NCBI GenBank assembly: GCA_963767005.1
Contig: CAVYCN010000006.1
Coordinates: 64,001-128,000, forward strand
DNA from: an uncultured Actinomycetes bacterium
Lineage (GTDB): Bacteria; Actinomycetota; Thermoleophilia; UBA2241
Reading direction: 5' to 3'
Length of the DNA stretch: 64,000 nucleotides
Part shown: positions 30,034 through 40,397 of the stretch, piece after piece
Position numbering within the stretch: position 1 is the stretch's first letter
How the letters are laid out: every line of letters begins with the position of its first letter
The notes under the pieces: generated by a model
Databases searched by the model: none
What the model was told of the DNA's origin: nothing
Seen by the model: only the letters and a program-made list of their open reading frames with translations
Position numbers and translations under genes: made by a program

Positions 30034-30324
30034 CTACGCGCGGCGCTCCTCCTCGCGGTCGAGCATCTCGTGCAGCTCGCGGGCCGAAACCTGGCGCAGC
30101 CGCAGGGCGGTGGCGCCGGCACGCAGGAACCGGGGCACGTAGTCGTTGATGGCCTCTTCGGCCCCGCCGGCGCGCACGAACACGTAGCCGGTGTGGTTGC
30201 CGACGAAGCAGCCCCACTCGTAGGCCTCCTGAAAACCCGGGCCCTGGTTGAGGGTCGCGTCGATCGACTCGAGACAGCGCTCCGGATCGTGTGGCACGAC
30301 GACGAGGAATCGCGCCCGGGCCAT
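30034..30324 (-). CDS. Small conserved-looking hypothetical protein (H-x4-C...WGC..G.H)
   Basis: GGAGGGG RBS; 96 aa alpha/beta pattern. Confidence 0.7.
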   Translation of the reverse strand: MARARFLVVVPHDPERCLESIDATLNQGPGFQEAYEWGCFVGNHTGYVFVRAGGAEEAINDYVPRFLRAGATALRLRQVSARELHEMLDREEERRA

Positions 30325-30490
30325 CGCCCCCTCCCTTGCTTGCGCGCCAGAGACTGACTGGCGGATGCCCGCCGCGAGAGGCGGCCAAACCGGCCCCGGC
30401 AGTGACGACCGGCAGCCGGCAGCCGTCGGCGTCGGCCGGCCGCTGGCGTATCATCCGTGCGAGCTTGGCTTTCCGACCGAAGGAGACGAC

Positions 30491-31165
30491 GTGGGCAGGC
30501 TGGCACGCGGCGTCGCCTGGGGCGCCATCTTCTGGTGCGCCTTCCTGGCCTTCTGGACGCGCGCGGCGGGGCTTGCGTGGGTGCCGTTCGCCGTTCTCGC
30601 CGTCCTGTGCGTCGTCTTCCTCGTGCTCTCGGGTCGGCGTGAGCGGCGTGCCGGCAAGTCCCTGCCCCGGGGCGTCAAGCGACTCGCCTACCGCAGCGAC
30701 GAGACCTACGTGGCGTTCTGCTGGCTCTGGCACCGCGGCCAGCCACGACGGATGCGCGTGCTGCGGTCCGACGAGCACGCCGCCGCGGCGGCGGACGAGG
30801 CCGAGGGCCAGACCTGCGTCTACGACGGCGGGGACGACCGGTTCGTCGACGACGGCGTCGCGCCGCGCCGGACCTACCACTACAGCCTCTTCGTGGCGAA
30901 CGCGGCGGCAGGCTGGGCCGAGCCGGTCTGCCAGTCGGTGATGACGTACTCGCAAGCCGACCAGGTCTCGCTCGAGTCGCAGAGCCCGGCTCCGCCGCTC
31001 ACACGAGAGCAGGCGAACGCGGCCGAGCTGATGATGGCCCTGCGGCGAGGCCCGGACTGCCTCCTGACCGACAGCGTGGCCGGCGTCGCCACCGACCTCA
31101 TCTTCGCCGCGGCGTCGGTGTTCGCCGGCGACAAGGCCGCGGACGGCTGGCAGGAGATCACGTAG
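30491..31165 (+). CDS. Membrane protein with FN3-like domain
   Basis: AGGAG RBS, 2 N-terminal TM segments, FVDDGV...TYHYSLFV FN3-like strand. Confidence 0.65.
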   Translation: MGRLARGVAWGAIFWCAFLAFWTRAAGLAWVPFAVLAVLCVVFLVLSGRRERRAGKSLPRGVKRLAYRSDETYVAFCWLWHRGQPRRMRVLRSDEHAAAAADEAEGQTCVYDGGDDRFVDDGVAPRRTYHYSLFVANAAAGWAEPVCQSVMTYSQADQVSLESQSPAPPLTREQANAAELMMALRRGPDCLLTDSVAGVATDLIFAAASVFAGDKAADGWQEIT

Positions 31166-31196
31166 GTCGTCGGGCGGCCGCCGGCGACCCGGCCGG

Positions 31197-31745
31197 TCAG
31201 CTCCGGGCAGCCTGTCTGGACGGCGCGAAGTCGACCGCGTCGCTGCGCGCCACCTTCACATACGAGCCCAGCGTCGCGTTGTGATGAGCGATGATCTGGG
31301 GCGCGGTCAGCGCCTCGGTGTCGAAGGTGCTGTGAGCATCGCCGACCAGGATGACGCCGAGTCCGAGGGTCACGGCCTGGCGGACCGTCGAGTCGACACA
31401 GAACTCGGTCTGCAGGCCGCAGACCACGACCTCGTCCACGCCGAGCTGGGCCAGGGTCTCCGCGAGCCCGGTGTCGTGGAACGCGCTGCCGTGGGTCTTG
31501 CGCACGAAGCGGTCGCCGTCCCTGTGTACGTCGAGGCCGTCCACGAAGTCCCACAGGGCCGACTCCGCGACGATCTCCTCGTCCTCGTGCTGCACGAAGA
31601 AGACCGGGCTGCCGGCGGCGCGCGCCGCGGCGGTCAGGCCGTTGATGGTGGCGACCAGCGCGCCGCCTTCGTGGACCTCGTGGACCGCGCCGTCCTCCCA
31701 GGCGTACACGCCCTTCTGGACGTCGATCACGAGCAGTGCCTTCAC
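31197..31745 (-). CDS. Isochorismatase/cysteine hydrolase
   Basis: ALLVIDVQ, K...SAF..T.L, GLQTEFCVDST. Confidence 0.92.
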   Translation of the reverse strand: MKALLVIDVQKGVYAWEDGAVHEVHEGGALVATINGLTAAARAAGSPVFFVQHEDEEIVAESALWDFVDGLDVHRDGDRFVRKTHGSAFHDTGLAETLAQLGVDEVVVCGLQTEFCVDSTVRQAVTLGLGVILVGDAHSTFDTEALTAPQIIAHHNATLGSYVKVARSDAVDFAPSRQAARS

Positions 31746-31940
31746 GGGATCTCCTTTCTGGACCGGCCCGACGGACCCGCCCCTGGACGCATGCCGACCC
31801 GCCGCGCACCACGCGCGCGGCGCACGACATGCTATGCCCGAACAGACAACGTCCCATCCTCAAGGAACCGTGGCCCGGCACGATAACCGTCGTGAAGGGC
31901 GCCCATGTCGGCACGACCCACCGGCCCGAGGAGGGACATC

Positions 31941-33146
31941 ATGCTCCACTGCAGCTCCTGCGGCCTGTCGCTGTCGCGGGGCGCTGCCATCTGTCCGGCC
32001 TGCGGCTCCTGGAGCGCCGCCGCCGCGGCACCGGCCGCCGACACCAGCCCCGTGCGCCGACCCGTCGCCGTCCAGAAGACGAGGCGACCCGCTCAGCCGG
32101 TCCGGCAGCCGGCCGTACGACCGAGGACCGTGAACGTCGCCTGGTCGGCACAGCCTGCGGCGGCCCGCAGAGCTCCGGTCGCGCTGCCGACCGCCGACCA
32201 GGGCCGGCCGCCATGGGCCGCGGCCCGAGCCGCCGGCGAGCCGGCGCTACTCGCCCAGACCGCCGTCGCCGAGCCGGCGCCGGCCGCGCGGACGGTCGTC
32301 GCCGAGCCGGCGGAGCCGGACACGCCGACCGACACGGCTCCGACGCGCTGGTCGGCCGTGCCGGTCGACACCCCGCCGCCCCCGTGGTCGGCCGATACCG
32401 GCGCGGAGCCTGTGCACCGCCCAACCGTCATCCGGTCGGCCTGGACGGTCGGTCCGGGGTTGGCGCGCACCGCCCTGATCGGCCTCGTCTGCCTCGCCGC
32501 CGTGATCGGCTGCGCGCGCGGTCTGACGATGGGCACGATGGTCCATCTGACGGTCGACGCCACACGACCCACGCTCAGCGAGTACCGGCAGCTCCGCGCG
32601 GGGCTCAGCTACGAGCAGGTCGACGCGGTCTTCGGCGACAGGCTCGGGCTCGACGAGTCCTCAGCCGACGCCCAGGTGCGCCGCACGTTCGGGAATGGCG
32701 CCCGGCTCGATCTGCGGTTCAGCGGGGGCGTCCTGCAGGGCTTCGCCGAGCACGGCCTGGGCGAAGGCCCCTCGCTGCGGGTGTTCAGGACGGCCGGCGC
32801 CGGCGCGCTGCTGTTCTCGCTCGCCGGCGGCCTTGCCGGCGCCACCGCCTGGTGGCTCCTGCTCTACCTCGTGGCGTCGTGGCGCGGCTGCCGTCTGGCC
32901 GCCGGCCGGCTCGCCGTCCTGGCCGCCGCCGGCCTCGCGGTCGGGCTCGTCGCGGCGCTGGCGCTGCCTGTGCTGCTGGGCTACGCGATCGCCTTTGCCG
33001 TGTTCCTCGGGCTGCTCGTCGGCTGGACCCGGCGCGATGTCGCCGAGGCGTTCATCATCGCGGCGGTCGCGGTCGCCGGCGGATCGCTCGCCGTGTGGCT
33101 GCCGACCCTGCTCGGCCTGCAGCTTTCGGCGCTGCTTGCTCGCTGA
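31941..33146 (+). CDS. Zinc-ribbon membrane protein with BLIP/DUF3862-like extracellular domain
   Basis: CSSCG...CPACG, Pro/Ala linker, TM, EYRQLRAGLSYEQVDAVFG, then 4-5 TM segments. GAGGAGG RBS. Confidence 0.65.
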   Translation: MLHCSSCGLSLSRGAAICPACGSWSAAAAAPAADTSPVRRPVAVQKTRRPAQPVRQPAVRPRTVNVAWSAQPAAARRAPVALPTADQGRPPWAAARAAGEPALLAQTAVAEPAPAARTVVAEPAEPDTPTDTAPTRWSAVPVDTPPPPWSADTGAEPVHRPTVIRSAWTVGPGLARTALIGLVCLAAVIGCARGLTMGTMVHLTVDATRPTLSEYRQLRAGLSYEQVDAVFGDRLGLDESSADAQVRRTFGNGARLDLRFSGGVLQGFAEHGLGEGPSLRVFRTAGAGALLFSLAGGLAGATAWWLLLYLVASWRGCRLAAGRLAVLAAAGLAVGLVAALALPVLLGYAIAFAVFLGLLVGWTRRDVAEAFIIAAVAVAGGSLAVWLPTLLGLQLSALLAR

Positions 33147-33188
33147 GCCTCTCCTGAGGGGCGCCTCCACCGGCGGTCTGGACCGACG

Positions 33189-34433
33189 CTAGCGCTCCGG
33201 CTCGGTCAGGTCGCGCCGGCCCTCGCGCAACAGCCACGCGATCCCTCCGCCGATGGCGACCGCCGCCAGCGCGACGGCGCCGAGCTGTACACCAAGCCCG
33301 CCGAGAGCCACGCCGGCGACGGCGAGCCCAGCCGTCTCGGCGATCGACTGGACCGCCGCATCCAGGGCGAAGACGCGACCGTGGGCCTCCTCGGCGGCCA
33401 GCCGCTGGGCGGTCGTCCAGGCGAGCACGCCGAAGACCATGCCGGCCACTCCCCAGAGGAACGCTCCCGCATACGCCGCCGCCACGTGGACGGTCCCGAC
33501 GAACAGGCAAGCGGCGAGACCGTAGGCGACCGCCGCCAGACCGAGGCTCGGGCGGCGCTCGAGCAGGCGTGCAAACCGGGGCATGGCGACGCCCGCGACG
33601 ATCGCGCCGACGCCGGCGGCCGCCTCGAAAAGGGCGAACTGCGACGGCGGCCGGTGAAGGACATGGCGGGCGTACAGCGGCTCGACCACGAGGAACGCGC
33701 CCGACGTGAACGACACGCCGGCCGCGACGAGGATCACGGCTCGCAGGCGAGTCTGCCCCCAGACGACCCGAAAACCCTGCGCGAGCTCCCCGAGCCAAGA
33801 AGCACGCTCCCCCGCCGGCGGACGCCTCGACGGCAGCGGGAACAGGACGCCGGCGCCGACCGCGAACGTCGCGGCATCGACCAGGAACGCCGCCCTGAAC
33901 CCTGAAAGCGCCAGGGCGGCGCTCGCCACGAGCGGACCAAGGACCTGGCCGACCTGGCCGGCCGCGCTGAGCAGGGCGTTGGCGGTCAGCAGGTCGTCCG
34001 GTTCGACGATCTGGGGCGGCAGGGCGGCGGCGGCGGGCGCGGCCAGCGCCCGGGCGCTGCCCGCCGCGAGCGCGAGGACGTCGAGCGCCGGCAGCGAGCC
34101 CGCCGTCGCGAGGCCCAGCGCCGAGGCAGCGCCGCCGAGGTAGGCGACCACGAGCGCCCGCCTGGCGCCGAGCCGATCGACGAGGACGCCGAGCGGCGGG
34201 CTGAGGACGGCGAGCGGCATTGACCAGCAGATGATGAGGAGCGAGATCTCACCGGGTCCGGCGCCGAAGCGATAGGCGGCAAAGCCCCAGAGCGCGATCG
34301 CCGAGGCCCAGCTCCCGACGCCGTTGACGGCCTCGCCGATCGTCAGCGCGAGGAACCGGGGGTCGCGCAGCGACGGGCGTACCGGAGGTCCCCCGGCGCT
34401 CGCCCGCGAGACGCTCTCGTCGCCGCGACGCAT
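33189..34433 (-). CDS. MFS transporter (DHA3-like)
   Basis: GVLVDRLGARR motif A; about 12 TM segments. Confidence 0.88.
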   Translation of the reverse strand: MRRGDESVSRASAGGPPVRPSLRDPRFLALTIGEAVNGVGSWASAIALWGFAAYRFGAGPGEISLLIICWSMPLAVLSPPLGVLVDRLGARRALVVAYLGGAASALGLATAGSLPALDVLALAAGSARALAAPAAAALPPQIVEPDDLLTANALLSAAGQVGQVLGPLVASAALALSGFRAAFLVDAATFAVGAGVLFPLPSRRPPAGERASWLGELAQGFRVVWGQTRLRAVILVAAGVSFTSGAFLVVEPLYARHVLHRPPSQFALFEAAAGVGAIVAGVAMPRFARLLERRPSLGLAAVAYGLAACLFVGTVHVAAAYAGAFLWGVAGMVFGVLAWTTAQRLAAEEAHGRVFALDAAVQSIAETAGLAVAGVALGGLGVQLGAVALAAVAIGGGIAWLLREGRRDLTEPER

Positions 34434-34631
34434 CGACCCGCCCCCCGAGTCGCTCCCTGCGATCCTGCCGGGTCCTCGCTCCCCCTCCAGCGAAGTCCAA
34501 CCGGGCAGCAACCTAACGCAAGCGTGCGGCCCGGTCCAGACAGGACCCGGCCAGCGCCACCCGCGCTGCGGCTGGACCCGCCGCGCCACGCAGCGCGAAC
34601 GGGGCGTCAGGCGCGGCCTGCCGCCCCGGCG

Positions 34632-35297
34632 TCAGGCGCGGCGCTTGACCGCGGCGTCGGCGAGCACGTCGGCCGCCTCGTTCAGGCGCAGGCCGACGAC
34701 GTCGAGCCGGCGCAGCAGCTCGCGGATCTTGATGACCTTCATCGAGAGCTTGCGCTGAAAGAGCCGGGCGAGCTCCTCGTCGTAGAGCCGGCGGATCTCG
34801 TTGGCCGACTTCTTCGTGGCGAGCGCCGTCCGGCTGGTCAGCTTCTTCGGGTCGCTCGCGATGATGCGCACGGCCTTGCGCAGGTCCTCGAGGCCGGCGG
34901 CGGTGGCGTCGAGCAGCCCGGCGTACGGGTCCTTGGTCGCCACGTCGAAGAGGTCCCACTCACGCGCGAAGTCGCGCAGGTTGTCGAGCACGTCGTCGAT
35001 CGAGCGCGAGAGGCGAAAGAGGTCCTCACGGTCGATGGGGGCGACCAGCACGCCGGCGAGCTTGGCGACGAACTTGCCGCGCAGCAGGTCGCCGCGGTGC
35101 TCGATATCGGCCATGCGCTCCTGCGCCTCGGAGGGCGTCCGCTGACCCTCCGCTACCTCGCGGGCGAGCGTGCAGGCCGAGATCGTCTCGTTCAACTGCA
35201 GCTCGAGCGGCGCGATCAGGGTCTGCGACTCGTTCTGGGTCAAGACCTTCACGACGCGGCGGACCGTGCGGACCGGTCCCGCAGCACTATCACTCAA
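34632..35297 (-). CDS. DUF47 phosphate transport regulator
   Basis: EHRGD...PIDREDLFRLS..IDDVLD. TTG start overlaps the pit stop, with GGGGAGG RBS. Confidence 0.9.
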   Translation of the reverse strand: MSDSAAGPVRTVRRVVKVLTQNESQTLIAPLELQLNETISACTLAREVAEGQRTPSEAQERMADIEHRGDLLRGKFVAKLAGVLVAPIDREDLFRLSRSIDDVLDNLRDFAREWDLFDVATKDPYAGLLDATAAGLEDLRKAVRIIASDPKKLTSRTALATKKSANEIRRLYDEELARLFQRKLSMKVIKIRELLRRLDVVGLRLNEAADVLADAAVKRRA

Positions 35298-36262
35298 CGC
35301 ACTAACCTCCCCGCCGCGGCGAGCGCGGCTCCGAGACCGACCGACAGCGGCAGGGTGACGAGCCACGCCACCACGATCCGTGATACTTGATTCCACCTGA
35401 TGCCGAAAGGAGACGTCGCGACGCCGCTGCCCACGGCGGCGCCGGTCGCCGCCTGCGTGGTGGAGACCGGCACGCCCAGGGCCGATGTCGCCAGCACGAC
35501 GCACGACGAACCGATCGCGGTCGCGATGTAGTGCGGCGTGCGGATGTACATGACGCCTTCGCCCACCCCGGCCGCCATCGTGCGTACGGTCAGCAGGATG
35601 CCGGCGCCGAACAGGCCGGCGATGGCGAGCTGGCCCGGCACGGTGGCGGCCACCGGGTCGAGCCGCGCGGAGGTGCCGATCGCGATGATCGCCACCATCT
35701 TCTGGGCGTCGTTGGCCGCATAGGCCAGACACTGCAGCAGGTAGCCGACGTACTGCGCGCCGTTGATGAAGCGGCGGGCGATCAGGCGCCCGAGCGGACC
35801 GCTCAGGATGCGATAGACGAGCCAGCCCGCCGGCACGCTGAGCAGCGGCGCGGCGATGCCGATAGCGATCACCTTGAAGATCACCGACCACTGGACGGGC
35901 AGCCCCGCTCCCAGGCCGGCGCCGACGATACCGCCGGTGAGCGCCAGGGTCAGGCTGGTCGGCGTGCCCCGCCTGGTGAGGCCAAAGACGACGACGAGCG
36001 CGGTGACCACGGCCGCCAGCAGGGCGATCCTGCCGTTCTCACCCTGGAACGAGACGAGCCGGTGGGCCAGGGTGGTCGCGACCGCGGTGCCCACCAGCAG
36101 CGGACCGACGGCCACGAGGGCCATGAGGCACGCGACGGCGACGGCCGGGGTGATGCGGCGCGTGCGGGTCCCCATGACTGTCAGGGTCGCTCCGTCGTTG
36201 GCGCCGCTCACCAGCGCAAACCCGGCGGCCGATGCGAGAAGGAGCGCTCCGCTGACTGTCAT
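35294..36262 (-). CDS. pit: Inorganic phosphate transporter (PiT family)
   Basis: GANDGA and AANDAQK signature repeats, PVSTTQ. Confidence 0.9.
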   Translation of the reverse strand: MTVSGALLLASAAGFALVSGANDGATLTVMGTRTRRITPAVAVACLMALVAVGPLLVGTAVATTLAHRLVSFQGENGRIALLAAVVTALVVVFGLTRRGTPTSLTLALTGGIVGAGLGAGLPVQWSVIFKVIAIGIAAPLLSVPAGWLVYRILSGPLGRLIARRFINGAQYVGYLLQCLAYAANDAQKMVAIIAIGTSARLDPVAATVPGQLAIAGLFGAGILLTVRTMAAGVGEGVMYIRTPHYIATAIGSSCVVLATSALGVPVSTTQAATGAAVGSGVATSPFGIRWNQVSRIVVAWLVTLPLSVGLGAALAAAGRLVR

Positions 36263-36485
36263 AGGCGATGCTGCAAACAGACCTCCGAGTTGGCCGCGCC
36301 AAGGGGGAAGTGCTACCGGATACCCTTCGAGACGACCGACGGCGCACGATCAGCGCGAGCCGGTGTCGCAACAGGCACTCAGTATACGCCATGCGGCCCG
36401 GTCGTCTGACGTCTCGCCGATGACCGGCGGTCGCCCCGCCCGGGTCGTCAGCGGTCGCTGTGTCGGTCGGGCAGGCCTCGAGCCG

Positions 36486-37730
36486 TTACACAGCGGACAG
36501 ATCGAGCGCGAACAGCCGCGTCACCCAGAGCAAGCCGACGAACGAGCAGGCGATCAGGGTCCAGGCCAGCACCGGCCGGCGTCGCGTGAGCAGGCCGAGC
36601 ACCATGAAGAGCGGAAAGACGACGCCGACGAGGCGCGGAAACGAGTACAGGGCACGCTGATCCGAGGGAAACAGCAGCGGAACCAGGACGCTCCCTACAG
36701 TGAAGACCGTGTACGCCGGCGGCAGGCGCCGCCAGCCGGCCGCGATCAGTACGACGACCAGGACGAGCACCGCGAAGCCCAGCAGCGTGAGCAGGGGGTC
36801 GGGCACGCCGTTGACCGGCGCCAGCAGGCGCCCGAGTCCGGCGCTATGGACGTACAGCAGGCGCAGCGCCCCGAGCGCGGCGTGGAACCCGCGCCACGGA
36901 TCGCGCCAGGGCCAGGCGAGCGCCCGACCCCAGTACGCGTGCTCGGCTGCGCCGAAGGCCAGGGGGTCGCCGCGGCGCCACCACAGGTAAGCCATGAAGG
37001 CGACCAGGCCGGCCGGCACGAGCAGCAGCCAAGCGAGCCTGAGGTCGCGGCGGCGCAGCGCGACGCTGTGAAGCGACCAGCCGCGCTGCTGCCCGTAGAG
37101 CACGAGCAGCGCCGGCAGCAGCACGAGGCCGCTGCTGCGCGTCGCGACGGCGAGCATACCGGCCAGACCGGCGAGCGCCCAGCTTCCGCGGCGAGCGAAG
37201 GCAAAGGCGGCGAGGCAAAGCAGCAGGAACAGCGACTCGCTGTAGACGAGGCCGAACGACACGGCGGTCGGAAACACGGAGATGAAGGCCACGGCCAGTG
37301 CCGCGGCGCGAGTGCCGAGCTCGGCCGCCGTGAGCCGGTACAGCAGGACCATGGCGGCCGCAAAGCAGGCCAGCGACAGGAGCACACCGGCCACCAGGTA
37401 GTCGCCGCCGGTGAGCAGCGTGGCGGCGCGCAGCGCCAGCGGATACGCCGGGAAGAACGAGGGGCTGTCCGGCCGCCGGTAGCCGCCCTGGGCGATGGCG
37501 ATGAACCAGCCGCCGTCCTTGAAGGCCCACTCCCGTGTCAACCGCTGCACGACGCTCGCGTGGGCCGAGAGACCCGGAGCCCGGGCTGAGCCGGCGACGG
37601 CGTAGCCGACCGCGAACACCGCGAGGCGGCTCACGATCGCCACCGCAAGGGCCATGAGAGCGTCGACCGACAGCGCCGGCGCGCGACGCCGCACGGCGTC
37701 GGCCCGTCCGGTCGCCGTCACGGGCAGCAC
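36486..37730 (-). CDS. GT-C mannosyltransferase-like (PIG-V/PMT-like) membrane protein
   Basis: DGGWFIAIAQGGY, FFPAYP, YSESLFL, TRSSG, SFPR; multi-TM. Start uncertain. Confidence 0.85.
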   Translation of the reverse strand: MLPVTATGRADAVRRRAPALSVDALMALAVAIVSRLAVFAVGYAVAGSARAPGLSAHASVVQRLTREWAFKDGGWFIAIAQGGYRRPDSPSFFPAYPLALRAATLLTGGDYLVAGVLLSLACFAAAMVLLYRLTAAELGTRAAALAVAFISVFPTAVSFGLVYSESLFLLLCLAAFAFARRGSWALAGLAGMLAVATRSSGLVLLPALLVLYGQQRGWSLHSVALRRRDLRLAWLLLVPAGLVAFMAYLWWRRGDPLAFGAAEHAYWGRALAWPWRDPWRGFHAALGALRLLYVHSAGLGRLLAPVNGVPDPLLTLLGFAVLVLVVVLIAAGWRRLPPAYTVFTVGSVLVPLLFPSDQRALYSFPRLVGVVFPLFMVLGLLTRRRPVLAWTLIACSFVGLLWVTRLFALDLSAV

Positions 37731-37979
37731 CGCGCCCCCCGGCCGGCCCCTTCGACTCGATCGGTCGGGCCTGCACCGGAGCGAATCCCGGAGCTCGCGC
37801 CCGTCCGTGCTGTGCCAAGCGGCATCACAACCTGACCCCCATCGGGCATCCGCCGGCGGCCGACATGCGCAGAGAGCCGCGCGACCCCGCCAGAGTCGCC
37901 CCGGGGTGGTTCGCAACCTGGGGCCGCCTGGCCAAGGGTGTGCGCGACGCGCCTTACGAGCGCGCCGACGGCGGCCGAG

Positions 37980-39422
37980 CTACCCCACCCGCACTCGTAC
38001 GGCGCGGCTGTCGACCACGCCGAGCCAGCAGACGCGGTAATACGTGGTCGCCTTAGGGCGAAGACCGGCGACGAGCCACTGGCCGAGCGAGCTTGTGCGC
38101 AACGGCTTGACGTTGCTCCAGCCCTTGCCGACGAGGTGTTGCTGCAGCTCGAGCAGCACGTTGACGGTGGGGACGACACACGTGAGCGTGCCGCTGAGGC
38201 TGACGCGCGCGCCGCTCCTGACGGAGCTGGGCGCCGTGATCGTCAGCCTGTTGTGCCCGGCGAAGGCGTACCAGGCGCGCTTGGGCGCGCCGCCCGCCGT
38301 CTCGAGGCCGGTGTAGAAGCCGAGGTCGGGCGAGCCCGCCGGCCCGGGCACGTCCTTGACGAGATACCAGAGGAGCAGCTTCACCTGAGGGTACTTCCTG
38401 GCCACGAACGCGTAGGCGCGCTCGAGGTAGTCGGCCTGGGTGATCTGACTCACGTACTGGTTGCTGAAGGCTCGACAGGGGGCGGTCTGGTAGCCGTATT
38501 CGGTCAGCCAGAACTGCTTGTGGGGGAAGATCTTGAGCAGGCTCGAGAGGTTGCCGAGGGTGACGGTGATGTCGGGGAAGCTCGGCTGGCTCTCGGGAGC
38601 CAGGTTGCGGTTTCCGCCGGGCGAGTACGGGTGGTGCGAGTAGACCTTGAACAGGCTGCCCGCGCCGTGCTGCGCCAGCCACTTGGCAAAGGCCTGAGGC
38701 GGCGTGTTGGAGCCTTCGGCGGTCGGCGCGGTGGCGCCGGCCACGATGGTCGCCTTCGGGTCGGCCGCCTTTATGGCCGAGTGGAAGGCGGTCAATATGC
38801 TGAGGTAGTGCTCCTCGGCGAAGTGCGAGTCGCCGCTCACGCGCTGCGGGTAGAGGTAGAGCGTGAGGTTGGGCTCGTTCCAGCACTCATACGCCGCCAC
38901 CTGGCCGGCGAACTGCGTCGCGAACTGCTGGCAGAACGCCCCGAAGTAGGCGAGGTCGGCGTTCTTCATCACCACATACGGTTGGTAGACGTTGTCGGGC
39001 CAGTACCGCGAGTCCGAGGCCCACTGCGGCACCTGGTAGAAGGTGACCATCACCTTGAGCCCATCGGCGTCCGCGTCCTGGATGGCTGCAGCGGCGTTCT
39101 GCATGTAGGGCGAGTTCGGGTCGAAGGCGGCTGGGTCGGTTTCAGTCGGCTGTGTCGCAGGGGCGGCCAGCGCCCACGACACGAAGATGCGGACGTAGCT
39201 CGCGCCGAGCTGTTTGATCTCGTCGACCGTGGCCTGCTGCGCCGTTGGGTCGGCGGGCAGGTCGGTGAGGGTCGGTTCCGCGATGCCGCGGGCGACTGCG
39301 GCCCTCGCGGCAGCCGGCGCGACAGCTCCGGCAGCGAGCACGCCGGCCAGGACGAGGAGGGCGACGAGGATGCCGGCGAGTGCCGGGATGGACCGTATCG
39401 GGACGTGCCCTGCGCACTTCAT
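37980..39422 (-). CDS. Secreted clan GH-A glycoside hydrolase (GH39/GH5-like) with C-terminal beta domain
   Basis: Signal peptide, WNEPNL acid/base, HHPY, WLTEYG nucleophile. Confidence 0.85.
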   Translation of the reverse strand: MKCAGHVPIRSIPALAGILVALLVLAGVLAAGAVAPAAARAAVARGIAEPTLTDLPADPTAQQATVDEIKQLGASYVRIFVSWALAAPATQPTETDPAAFDPNSPYMQNAAAAIQDADADGLKVMVTFYQVPQWASDSRYWPDNVYQPYVVMKNADLAYFGAFCQQFATQFAGQVAAYECWNEPNLTLYLYPQRVSGDSHFAEEHYLSILTAFHSAIKAADPKATIVAGATAPTAEGSNTPPQAFAKWLAQHGAGSLFKVYSHHPYSPGGNRNLAPESQPSFPDITVTLGNLSSLLKIFPHKQFWLTEYGYQTAPCRAFSNQYVSQITQADYLERAYAFVARKYPQVKLLLWYLVKDVPGPAGSPDLGFYTGLETAGGAPKRAWYAFAGHNRLTITAPSSVRSGARVSLSGTLTCVVPTVNVLLELQQHLVGKGWSNVKPLRTSSLGQWLVAGLRPKATTYYRVCWLGVVDSRAVRVRVG

Positions 39423-39469
39423 GGCTTTGAACATACCGGCGGGTCCGGCGAGGGTCAAGCGGCCGCGAC

Positions 39470-40255
39470 CTACCGCTCGATAAGGACGGGGCTGCCGGTC
39501 GGCACCCAGCGGCTCACCCTGAGCACATCGGCGTTGTGCATGCGGATGCAGCCCTCGCTCACTGCCTGGCCGATCAGGGCGTCATCGTTCGTGCCGTGGA
39601 TGGCGAGCGCGCCGCTACCCGGCAGTCGTGGCTGGTAGCCGCTCAGGCCGAGGGCGAGCACGCCGAACGGGCTGCCCGGCATGGGCGTCGTCTTCTCGGC
39701 CACGAAGAAGAGGCCGGTCGGCGTCGGGTACGCCGAGGAGCCGATGGCCACCGCGAACCGGCCCACGGCGCGACCGCTGCGATACACGGTCAGCCGGCGC
39801 GAGGAGAGGCTCACGACGATCCTGGCCGGCGTCGTGTAGGTCGCGATGCTGCTCGCCTGCACCCAGCCGGTACTGAAGTCGGGGCTTTGCGGCAGCCACA
39901 CGTCGTACCAGGTCGCGTCGCCGATGCGCCTGGTGCTGCGCACGAGCATGACGGTGACGCAGCGGTGGGCGTTCACGCGCGGCAGCGTGGCGCGCACCGG
40001 CGCCGACGAGCTCGGCCGCTCGTAGGCGACCGTCGTCGCCCTCGCCTCGGCCACGAGCCAGAGTGTCCGACGCCCGTGCACGGGCGTCGACCCCACGCCG
40101 GGAGACGGGCTGGGTGAGCCTGCGGCGGCCGCGGGCGCGAGCGCGCCGGCCGCGCCGTGGCGCACATGGACGACGAGAAAGCCGGCGAGAGCGATCAGGA
40201 CGAGCGCTCCCAGGGCGGCGATGACCCTCGTGCTGCGACCTCTCTGCGGTGACAC
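39470..40255 (-). CDS. L,D-transpeptidase (YkuD)
   Basis: PTPTG and AIHGTN...SEGCIRM catalytic motif; N-terminal TM. Confidence 0.92.
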   Translation of the reverse strand: MSPQRGRSTRVIAALGALVLIALAGFLVVHVRHGAAGALAPAAAAGSPSPSPGVGSTPVHGRRTLWLVAEARATTVAYERPSSSAPVRATLPRVNAHRCVTVMLVRSTRRIGDATWYDVWLPQSPDFSTGWVQASSIATYTTPARIVVSLSSRRLTVYRSGRAVGRFAVAIGSSAYPTPTGLFFVAEKTTPMPGSPFGVLALGLSGYQPRLPGSGALAIHGTNDDALIGQAVSEGCIRMHNADVLRVSRWVPTGSPVLIER

Positions 40256-40339
40256 AGGCGCTCCGGTAGGTGGCGGGGACTCGCATCCGCAGGATAGAGG
40301 ACCCGGCGCTGCCTGTACACCGAGGGTACCGCCGGCCCC

Positions 40340-40374
40340 TTGCGGCGCGAGCCGCGCTCGATAGAATCAGGCGA
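40340..40374 (+). promoter_or_regulatory. Promoter of the priming glycosyltransferase operon
   Basis: TTGCGG-N16-TAGAAT inside GATAGAATCAGGCGA. Confidence 0.5.
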
Positions 40375-40397
40375 GTGATGCGCGACGGAGGGGTGGT

